Source: Antedon mediterranea (Eukaryota > Animalia > Echinodermata). Taken from it: 64,000 bases of DNA. A program made the translations under genes and the position numbers. Position 1 is the first letter of the stretch; the number at the start of each line of letters is the position of its first letter. Below, in pieces: positions 1 through 11,552 of the stretch. The stretch spans positions 13,387,812 through 13,451,811 of the forward strand of contig NC_092675.1 of the NCBI RefSeq assembly GCF_964355755.1. Reading direction: 5' to 3'. Below the pieces are notes generated by a model that had not been told where the DNA came from, searched no databases, and worked only from the letters and a program-made list of their open reading frames with translations.

Positions 1-158
1 TTCAAATCACATTTGGAGACGTTTTAGACCATTTTGTGATTTTGAACAAACTTGTTAACATAAAAACACCAAAGTGCTTAGAATAGCTTCAAATCGTATT
101 TGGAGACGTTTTAGACCATTTTGAGATTTTCGAAAAAACTTGGTTACACAAAAACATC

Positions 159-914
159 AAAGTGCTTAAAATCACATTATAAACCGTTTTAGACCATTTT
201 GAGCATTTCGATAACACTTTTCACACAAAAACATCAAAGAGCACAAAATAGCTTAATATCGTATTTAAAAACGTTTTAGACCATTTTGAGCATTTCGACA
301 AAACTTTTTCACACAAAACACCAAAGTGCTTAGAATAGCTTCAAATCGCATTTGGAGACGTTTTAGACCAATTTGTGCATTTCGATGAAACTTGATTACA
401 CAAAAACATCAAAGTGCTTAAAATCACATTATAAACCGTTTTAGACCATTTTGAGCATTTCGATAACACTTTTCACACAAAAACATCAAAGAGCACAAAA
501 TAGCTTAATATCGTATTTAAAAACGTTTTAGACCATTTTGAGCATTTAGACAAAACTTTTTCACACAAAACACCAAAGTGCTTAGAATAGCTTCAAATCG
601 CATTTGGAGACGTTTTAGACCAATTTGTGCATTTCGATGAAACTTGATTACACAAAAACATCAAAGTGCTTAAAATCACATTATAAACCGTTTTAGACCA
701 TTTTGAGCATTTCGATAACACTTTTCACACAAAAACATCAAAGAGCACAAAATAGCTTAATATCGTATTTAAAAACGTTTTAGACCATTTTGAGCATTTA
801 GACAAAACTTTTTCACACAAAACACCAAAGTGCTTAGAATAGCTTCAAATCGCATTTGGAGACGTTATAGACCATTTTGTGCATTTCGATGAAACTTGGT
901 TACACAAAAACATC
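159..914 (+). repeat. Three tandem 252-bp B-C-D trimers (small higher-order repeat)
   Basis: B starts at 159, 411 and 663. The GATG marker of D lies at 384 and 636 (252 apart); 77+87+88=252. Confidence 0.93.
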
Positions 915-1079
915 AAAGTGCTTAAAATCACATTATAAATCGTTTTAGACCATTTTGAGCATTTCGACAAAACTTTTTCACACAAAATACCAAAGTGCTT
1001 AGAATAGCTTCAAATCGCATTTGGAGACGTTTTAGACCATTTTGTGATTTTCGAAAAAACTTTTTAACATAAAAACACC

Positions 1080-3200
1080 AAAGTGCTTAGAATAGCTTCA
1101 AATCACATTTGGAGACATTTTAGACCATAAGTGCTTAGAATCACATTATAAACCGTTTTAGACCATTTTGAGCATTTCGATAACAATTTTCACACAAAAA
1201 CATCAAAGAGCACAAAATAGCCTAATATCGTATTTAAAAATGTTTTAGACCATTTTGAGCATTTAGATAAAACTTTTTCACACAAAACACCAAAGTGCTT
1301 AAAATAGCTTCAAATCGCATTTGGAGACGTTTTAGACCAATTTGTGATTTTTGAAAAAACTTGTTAACATAAAAACACCAAAGTGCTTAGAATAGCTTCA
1401 AATCACATTTGGAGACGTTTTAGACCATTTTGTGATTTTGAACAAACTTGTTAACATAAAAACACCAAAGTGCTTAGAATAGCTTCAAATCGTATTTGGA
1501 GACGTTTTAGACCATTTTGAGATTTTCGAAAAAACTTGGTTACACAAAAACATCAAAGTGCTTAAAATCACATTATAAACCGTTTTAGACCATTTTGAGC
1601 ATTTCGATAACACTTTTCACACAAAAACATCAAAGAGCACAAAATAGCTTAATATCGTATTTAAAAACGTTTTAGACCATTTTGAGCATTTCGACAAAAC
1701 TTTTTCACACAAAACACCAAAGTGCTTAGAATAGCTTCAAATCGCATTTGGAGACGTTTTAGACCAATTTGTGCATTTCGATGAAACTTGATTACACAAA
1801 AACATCAAAGTGCTTAAAATCACATTATAAACCGTTTTAGACCATTTTGAGCATTTCGATAACACTTTTCACACAAAAACATCAAAGAGCACAAAATAGC
1901 TTAATATCGTATTTAAAAACGTTTTAGACCATTTTGAGCATTTAGACAAAACTTTTTCACACAAAACACCAAAGTGCTTAGAATAGCTTCAAATCGCATT
2001 TGGAGACGTTTTAGACCATTTTGTGCATTTCGATGAAACTTGGTTACACAAAAACATCAAAGTGCTTAAAATCACATTATAAATCGTTTTAGACCATTTT
2101 GAGCATTTCGACAAAACTTTTTCACACAAAATACCAAAGTGCTTAGAATAGCTTCAAATCGCATTTGGAGACGTTTTAGACCATTTTTTGATTTTCGAAA
2201 AAACTTTTTAACATAAAAACACCAAAGTGCTTAGAATAGCTTCAAATCACATTTGGAGACATTTTAGACCATTTTGTGATTTTCGAAAAAACTTGTTAAC
2301 ATAAAAACACGAAAGTGCTTAGAATAGCTTCAAATCGCATTTGGAAACGTTTTAGACCATTTTGTGATTTTCGAAAAAAATTGTTAACATAAAAACACCA
2401 AAGTGCTTAGAATCACATTATAAACCGTTTTAGACCATTTTGAGCATTTCGATAACAATTTTCACACAAAAACATCAAAGAGCACAAAATAGCTTAATAT
2501 CGTATTTAAAAATGTTTTAGACCATTTTGAGCATTTAGATAAAACTTTTTCACACAAAACACCAAAGTGCTTAGAATAGCTTCAAATCGCATTTGGAGAC
2601 GTTTTAGACCATTTTGTGATTTTTGAAAAAACTTGTTAACATAAAAACACCAAAGTGCTTAGAATAGCTTCAAATCACATTTGGAGACGTTTTAGACCAT
2701 TTTGTGATTTTCGAAAAAACTTGTTAACATAAAAACACGAAAGTGCTTAGAATAGCTTCAAATCGCATTTGGAAACGTTTTAGACCATTTTGTGATTTTC
2801 GAAAAAACTTGTTAACATAAAAACACGAAAGTGCTTAGAATAGCTTCAAATCGCATTTGGAAACGTTTTAGACCATTTTGTGATTTTCGAAAAAACTTGT
2901 TAACATAAAAACACGAAAGTGCTTAGAATAGCTTCAAATCGCATTTGGAAACGTTTTAGACCATTTTGTGATTTTCGAAAAAAAATTGTTAACATAAAAA
3001 CACCAAAGTGTTTAGAATAGCTTCAAATCGCATTTGGAGACGTTTTAGACCAATTTGTGATTTTCGAAAAAACTTATCAACATAAAAACACCAAAGGGTT
3101 TAGAATAGCTTCAAATCGCATTTGGAGACGTTTTAGACCATTTTGTGATTTTGAAAAAACTTGTTAACATAAAAACACCAAAGTGCTTAGAATAGCTTCA
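1080..3200 (+). repeat. Block duplicated at about 12400-14520 (offset 11322 bp)
   Basis: GACATTTTAGACCATAAG junction (CATAAG at 1126 and 12448), AACAAAC variant at 1441 and 12763, and the same monomer order including the A8 tract variant. Confidence 0.85.
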
Positions 3201-3267
3201 AATCGCATTTTGAGACGTTTTAGACCATTTTGTGCATTTCGATGAAACTTGGTTACACAAAAACATC

Positions 3268-4430
3268 AAAGTGCTTAAAATCACATTATAAACCATTTTA
3301 GACCATTTTGAGCATTTCGATAACACTTTTCACACAAAAACATCAAAGAGCACAAAATAGCTTAATATCGTATTTAAAAACGTTTTAGACCATTTTGAGC
3401 ATTTCGACAAAACTTTTTCACACAAAACACCAAAGTGCTTAGAATAGCTTCAAATCGCATTTGGAGACGTTTTAGACCATTTTGTGATTTTCGAAAAAAA
3501 TTGTTAACATAAAAACATCAAAGTGTACAGAATAGCTTCAAATCGCATTTGGAGACCGTTTTAGGCCAATTTGTGATTTTCGAAAAAACTTGTTAACCTA
3601 AAAATACCAAAGTGTTTAGAATAGCTTCAAATCGCATTTGGAGACGTTTTAGACCATTTTGTGATTTTCGAAAAAACTTGTTAACATAAAAACACCAAAG
3701 TGCTTCAAATCGCATTTGAGACATTTTAGACCAATTTGTGATTTTTGAAAAAACTTGTTAACATAAAAACACCAAAGTGCTTACAATAGCTTCAAATCGT
3801 ATTTGGAGACGTTTTAGACCATTATGTGATTTTCGAAAAAACTTGTTAACATAAAAACACCAAAGTACTTAGAATAGCTTCAAATCGCATTTGGAGACGT
3901 TTTAGACCATTTTATGCATTTCGATGAAACTTGGTTACACAAAAACATCAAAGTGCTTAAAATCACATTATAATCCGTTTTAGACCATTTTGAGCATTTC
4001 GATAACACTTTTCACACAAAAACATCAAAGAGCACAAAATAGCTTAATATCGTATTTAAAAACTTTTTAGACCATTTTGAGCATTTCGACAAAACTTTTT
4101 CACACAAAACACCAAAGTGCTTAGAATAGCTTCAAATCGCATTTGGAGACGTTTTAGACCATTTTGTGATTTTCGAAAAAAATTGTTAACATAAAAACAT
4201 CAAAGTGTACAGAATAGCTTCAAATCGCATTTGGAGACCGTTTTAGGCCAATTTGTGATTTTCGAAAAAACTTGTTAACCTAAAAATACCAAAGTGTTTA
4301 GAATAGCTTCAAATCGCATTTGGAGACGTTTTAGACCATTTTGTGATTTTCGAAAAAACTTGTTAACATAAAAACACCAAAGTGCTTAGAATAGCTTCAA
4401 ATCGCATTTGGAGACATTTTAGACCAATTT
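3268..4430 (+). repeat. Partial 682-bp (8-monomer) tandem duplication containing the divergent GTACAG/TAGGCC cassette
   Basis: GTGTAC at 3523 and 4205; GGAGACCGTTTTAGGCC at 3551 and 4233; B monomers at 3268 and 3950. Confidence 0.88.
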
Positions 4431-7400
4431 GTGATTTTCGAAAAAACTTATCAACATAAAAACACCAAAGGGTTTAGAATATCTTCAAATCGCATTTGGA
4501 GACGTTTTAGACCATTTTGTGATTTTCGAAAAAACTTGTTAACATAAAAACACCAAAGTGCTTAGAATAGCTTCAAATCGCATTTGGAGACGTTTTAGAC
4601 CAATTTGTGATTTTCGAAAAAACTTATCAAAATAAAACACCAAAGGGTTTAGAATAGCTTCATTTGGAGACGTTTTAGACCATTTTGTGATTTTGAAAAA
4701 ACTTGTTAACATAAAAACACCAAAGTGCTTAGAATAGCTTCAAATCGCATTTGGAGACGTTTTAGACCATTTTGTGATTTTCGAAAAAACTTGTTAACAT
4801 AAAAACACCAAAGTGCTTAGAATAGCTTCAAATCGTATTTGGAGACGTTTTAGACCATTTTGAGATTTTCGAAAAAACTTGGTTACACAAAAACATCAAA
4901 GTGCTTAAAATCACATTATAAACCGTTTTAGACCATTTTGAGCATTTCGATAACACTTTTCACACAAAAACATCAAAGAGCACAAAATAGCTTAATATCG
5001 TATTTAAAAACGTTTTAGACCATTTTGAGCATTTCGACAAAACTTTTTCACACAAAACACCAAAGGGCTTAGAATAGCTTCAAATCGCATTTGGAGACGT
5101 TTTAGACCATTTTGTGATTTTCAAAAAAACTTTTTAACATAAAAAGACCAAAGTGCTTAGAATAGCTTCAAATCACATTTGGAGACGTTTTAGACCATTT
5201 TGTGATTTTCGAAAAAACTTGTTAACATAAAAACACGAAAGTGCTTAGAATAGCTTCAAATCGCATTTGGAAACGTTTTAGACCATTTTGTGATTTTCGA
5301 AAAAAATTGTTAACATAAAAACACCAAAGTGCTTAGAATCACATTATAAACCGTTTTAGACCATTTTGAGCATTTCGATAACAATTTTCACACAAAAACA
5401 TCAAAGAGCACAAAATAGCTTAATATCGTATTTAAAAATGTTTTAGACCATTTTGAGCATTTAGATAAAACTTTTTCACACAAAACACCAAAGTGCTTAG
5501 AATAGCTTCAAATCGCATTTGGAGACGTTTTAGACCATTTTGTGATTTTTGAAAAAACTTGTTAACATAAAAATACCAAAGTGCTTAGAATAGCTTCAAA
5601 TCACATTTGGAGATGTTTTAGACCATTTTGTGATTTTTGAAAAAACTTGTTAACATAAAAACACCAAAGTGCTTAGAATAGCTTCAAATCACATTTGGAG
5701 ACGTTTTAGACCATTTTGTGATTTTCGAAAAAACTTGTTAACATAAAAACACGAAAGTGCTTAGAATAGCTTCAAATCGCATTTGGAAACGTTTTAGACT
5801 ATTTTGTGATTTTCGAAAAAGATTGTTAACATAAAAACACCAAAGTGCTTAGAATCACAATATAAACCGTTTTAGACCATTTTGAGCATTTCGATAACAA
5901 TTTTCACACAAAAACATCAAAGAGCACAAAATAGCTTAATATCGTATTTAAAAATGTTTTAGACCATTTTGAGCATTTAGATAAAACTTTTTCACACAAA
6001 ACACCAAAGTGCTTAGAATAGCTTCAAATCGCATTTGGAGACGGTTTAGACCATTTTGTGATTTTGAAAAAACTTGTTAACATAAAAACACCAAAGTGCT
6101 TAGAATAGCTTCAAATCGTATTTGGAGACGTTTTAGACCATTTTGAGATTTTCGAAAAAACTTGGTTACACAAAAACATCAAAGTGCTTAAAATCACATT
6201 ATAAACCGTTTTAGACCATTTTGAACATTTCGATAACACTTTTCACACAAAAACATCAAAGAGCACAAAATAGCTTAATATCGTATTTAAAAACGTTTTA
6301 GACCATTTTGAGCATTTCGACAAAACTTTTTCACACAAAACACCAAAGTGCTTAGAATAGCTTCAAATCGCATTTGGAGACGTTTTAGACCAATTTGTGC
6401 ATTTCGATGAAACTTGATTACACAAAAACATCAACGTGCTTAAAATCACATTATAAACCGTTTTAGACCATTTTGAGCATTTCGATAACACTTTTCACAC
6501 AAAAACATCAAAGAGCACAAAATAGCTTAATATCGTATTTAAAAACGTTTTAGACCATTTTGAGCATTTAGACAAAACTTTTTCACACAAAACACCAAAG
6601 TGCTTAGAATAGCTTCAAATCGCATTTGGAGACGTTTTAGACCATTTTGTGCATTTCGATGAAACTTGGTTACACAAAAACATCAAAGTGCTTAAAATCA
6701 CATTATAAATCGTTTTAGACCATTTCGACAAAACTTTTTCACACCAAATACCAAAGGGCTTAGAATAGCTTCAAATCGCATTTGGAGACGTTTTAGACCA
6801 TTTTGTGATTTTCGAAAAAACTTTTTAACATAAAAACACCAAAGTGCTTAGAATAGCTTCAAATCACATTTGGAGACGTTTTAGACCATTTTGTGATTTT
6901 CGAAAAAACTTGTTAACATAAAAACACGAAAGTGCTTAGAATAGCTTCAAATCGCATTTGGAAACGTTTTAGACCATTTTGTGATTTTCGAAAAAAATTG
7001 TTAACATAAAAACACCAAAGTGCTTAGAATCACATTATAAACCGTTTTAGACCATTTTGAGCATTTCGATAACAATTTTCACACAAAAACATCAAAGAGC
7101 ACAAAATAGCTTAATATCGTATTTAAAAATGTTTTAGACCATTTTGAGCATTTAGATAAAACTTTTTCACACAAAACACCAAAGTGCTTAGAATAGCTTC
7201 AAATCGCATTTGGAGACGTTTTAGACCATTTTGTGATTTTTGAAAAAACTTGTTAACATAAAAACACCAAAGTGCTTAGAAAAGCTTCAAATCACATTTG
7301 GAGACGTTTTAGACCATTTTGTGATTTTCGAAAAAACATGTTAACATAAAAACACGAAAGTGCTTAGAATAGCTTCAAATTGCATTTGGAAACGTTTTAG

Positions 7401-7795
7401 ACCATTTTGTGATTTTCGAAAAAACTTGTTAACATAAAAACACGAAAGTGCTTAGAATAGCTTCAAATCGCATTTGGAAACGTTTTAGACCATTTTGTGA
7501 TTTTCGAAAAAAATTGTTAACATAAAAACACCAAAGTGTTTAGAATAGCTTCAAATCGCATTTGGAGACGTTTTAGACCAATTTGTGATTTTCGAAAAAA
7601 CTTATCAACATAAAAACACCAAAGGGTTTAGAATAGCTTCAAATCGCATTTGGAGACGTTTTAGACCATTTTGTGATTTTGAAAAAACTTGTTAACATAA
7701 AAACACCAAAGTGCTTAGAATAGCTTCAAATCGCATTTGGAGACGTTTTAGACCATTTTGTGATTTTCGAAAAAACTTGTTAACATAAAAACACC

Positions 7796-10700
7796 AAAGT
7801 GCTTAGAATAGCTTCAAATCGTATTTGGAGACGTTTTAGACCATTTTGAGATTTTCGAAAAAACTTGGTTACACAAAAACATCAAAGTGCTTAAAATCAC
7901 ATTATAAACCGTTTTAGACCATTTTGAACATTTCGATAACACTTTTCACACAAAAACATCAAAGAGCACAAAATAGCTTAATATCGTATTTAAAAACGTT
8001 TTAGACCATTTTGAGCATTTCGACAAAACTTTTTCACACAAAACACCAAAGTGCTTAGAATAGCTTCAAATCGCATTTGGAGACGTTTTAGACCAATTTG
8101 TGCATTTCGATGAAACTTGATTACACAAAAACATCAAAGTGCTTAAAATCACATTATAAACCGTTTTAGACCATTTTGAGCATTTCGATAACACTTTTCA
8201 CACAAAAACATCAAAGAGCACAAAATAGCTTAATATCGTATTTAAAAACGTTTTAGACCATTTTGAGCATTTAGACAAAACTTTTTCACACAAAACACCA
8301 AAGTGCTTAGAATAGCTTCAAATCGCATTTGGAGACGTTTTAGACCATTTTGTGATTTTTGAAAAAACTTGTTAACATAAAAACACCAAAGTGCTTAGAA
8401 TAGCTTCAAATCACATTTGGAGACGTTTTAGACCATTTTGTGATTTTCGAAAAAACTTGTTAACATAAAAACACGAAAGTGCTTAGAATAGCTTCAAATC
8501 GCATTTGGAAACGTTTTAGACCATTTTGTGATTTTCGAAAAAACTTGTTAACATAAAAACACGAAAGTGCTTAGAATCACATTATAAACCGTTTTAGACC
8601 ATTTTGAGCATTTCGATAACAATTTTCACACAAAAACATCAAAGAGCACAAAATAGCTTAATATCGTATTTAAAAATGTTTTAGACCATTTTGAGCATTT
8701 AGATAAAACTTTTTCACACAAAACACCAAAGTGCTTAGAATAGCTTCAAATCGCATTTGGAGACGTTTTAGACCATTTTGTGATTTTTGAAAAAACTTGT
8801 TAACATAAAAACACCAAAGTGCTTAGAATAGCTTCAAATCACATTTGGAGATGTTTTAGACCATTTTGTGATTTTTGAAAAAACTTGTTAACATAAAAAC
8901 ACGAAAGTGCTTAGAATAGCTTCAAATCACATTTGGAGACGTTTTAGACCATTTTGTGATTTTTGAAAAAACTTGTTAACATAAAAACACGAAAGTGCTT
9001 AGAATAGCTTCAAATCGCATTTGGAAACGTTTTAGACCATTTTGTGATTTTCGAAAAAGATTGTTAACATAAAAACACCAATGTGCTTAGAATCACATTA
9101 TAAACCGTTTTAGACCATTTTGAGCATTTCGATAACAATTTTCACACAAAAACATCAAAGAGCACAAAATAACTTAATATCGTATTTATAAATGTTTTAG
9201 ACCATTTTGAGCATTTCGACAAAACTTTTTCACACAAAACACCAAAGTGCTTAGAATAGCTTCAAATCGTATTTGGAGACGTTTTAGACCATTTTGAGAT
9301 TTTCGAAAAAACTTGGTTACACAAAAACATCAAAGTGCTTAAAATCACATTATAAACCGTTTTAGACCATTTTGAGCATTTCGATAACACTTTTCACACA
9401 AAAACATCAAAGAGCACAAAATAGCTTAATATCGTATTTAAAAACGTTTTAGACCATTTTGAGCATTTCGACAAAACTTTTTCACACAAAACACCAAAGT
9501 GCTTAGAATAGCTTCAAATCGCAATTGGAGACGTTTTAAACCAATTTGTGCATTTCGATGAAACTTGATTACACAAAAACATCAAAGTGCTTAAAATCAC
9601 ATTATAAACCGTTTTAGACCATTTTGAGCATTTCGATAACACTTTTCACACAAAAACATCAAAGAGCACAAAATAGCTTAATATCGTATTTAAAAACGTT
9701 TTAGACCATTTTGAGAATTTCGACAAAACTTTTTCACACAAAACACCAAAGTGCTTAGAATAGCTTCAAATCGCATTTGGAGACGTTTTAGACCAATTTG
9801 TGCATTTCGATGAAACTTGATTACACAAAAACATCAAAGTGCTTAAAATCACATTATAAACCGTTTTAGACCATTTTGAGCATTTCGATAACACTTTTCA
9901 CACAAAAACATCAAAGAGCACAAAATAGCTTAATATCGTATTTAAAAACGTTTTAGACCATTTTGAGCATTTAGACAAAACTTTTTCACACAAAACACCA
10001 AAGTGCTTAGAATAGCTTCAAATCGCATTTGGAGACGTTTTAGACCATTTTGTGATTTTTGAAAAAACTTGTTAACATAAAAACACCAAAGTGCTTAGAA
10101 TAGCTTCAAATCGTATTTGGAGACGTTTTAGACCATTTTGAGATTTTCGAAAAAACTTGGTTACACAAAAACATCAAAGTGCTTAAAATCACATTATAAA
10201 CCGTTTTAGACCATTTTGAACATTTCGATAACACTTTTCACACAAAAACATCAAAGAGCACAAAATAGCTTAATATCGTATTTAAAAACGTTTTAGACCA
10301 TTTTGAGCATTTCGACAAAACTTTTTCACACAAAACACCAAAGTGCTTAGAATAGCTTCAAATCGCATTTGGAGACGTTTTAGACCAATTTGTGCATTTC
10401 GATGAAACTTGATTACACAAAAACATCAAAGTGCTTAAAATCACATTATAAACCGTTTTAGACCATTTTGAGCATTTCGATAACACTTTTCACACAAAAA
10501 CATCAAAGAGCACAAAATAGCTTAATATCGTATTTAAAAACGTTTTAGACCATTTTGAGCATTTAGACAAAACTTTTTCACACAAAACACCAAAGTGCTT
10601 AGAATAGCTTCAAATCGCATTTGGAGACGTTTTAGACCATTTTGTGATTTTTGAAAAAACTTGTTAACATAAAAACACCAAAGTGCTTAGAATAGCTTCA

Positions 10701-11552
10701 AATCACATTTGGAGACGTTTTAGACCATTTTGTGATTTTCGAAAAAACTTGTTAACATAAAAACACGAAAGTGCTTAGAATAGCTTCAAATCGCATTTGG
10801 AAACGTTTTAGACCATTTTGTGATTTTCGAAAAAACTTGTTAACATAAAAACACGAAAGTGCTTAGAATCACATTATAAACCGTTTTAGACCATTTTGAG
10901 CATTTCGATAACAATTTTCACACAAAAACATCAAAGAGCACAAAATAGCTTAATATCGTATTTAAAAATGTTTTAGACCATTTTGAGCATTTAGATAAAA
11001 CTTTTTCACACAAAACACCAAAGTGCTTAGAATAGCTTCAAATCGCATTTGGAGACGTTTTAGACCATTTTGTGATTTTTGAAAAAACTTGTTAACATAA
11101 AAACACCAAAGTGCTTAGAATAGCTTCAAATCATATTTGGAGATGTTTTAGACCATTTTGTGATTTTTGAAAAAACTTGTTAACATAAAAACACGAAAGT
11201 GCTTAGAATAGCTTCAAATCACATTTGGAGACGTTTTAGACCATTTTGTGATTTTTGAAAAAACTTGTTAACATAAAAACACGAAAGTGCTTAGAATAGC
11301 TTCAAATCGCATTTGGAAACGTTTTAGACCATTTTGTGATTTTCGAAAAAGATTGTTAACATAAAAACACCAATGTGCTTAGAATCACATTATAAACCGT
11401 TTTAGACCATTTTGAGCATTTCGATAACAATTTTCACACAAAAACATCAAAGAGCACAAAATAACTTAATATCGTATTTATAAATGTTTTAGACCATTTT
11501 GAGCATTTCGACAAAACTTTTTCACACAAAACACCAAAGTGCTTAGAATAGC
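7796..11552 (+). repeat. Near-tandem duplication, offset 2292 bp (about 7796-9260 vs about 10088-11552)
   Basis: ATGTG variant at 9081 and 11373; AACTTAAT variant at 9171 and 11463; identical monomer order. Confidence 0.88.
9332..9999 (+). repeat. Run of 252-bp B-C-D trimers (BCD-BCD-BC)
   Basis: B starts at 9332 and the next A head starts at 10000, which equals 2x252+164. Confidence 0.9.

Noticed and set aside
6898-6915. CENP-B box-like TTCG....A motif
   Set aside because: It lacks the required downstream CGGG, so it is only a partial chance match.
6181-6928. 11-bp basic unit (88=8x11, 77=7x11)
   Set aside because: Alignment shows B differs from D/A by a 10-bp plus a separate 1-bp deletion, and the sub-repeats align better at about 10 bp.
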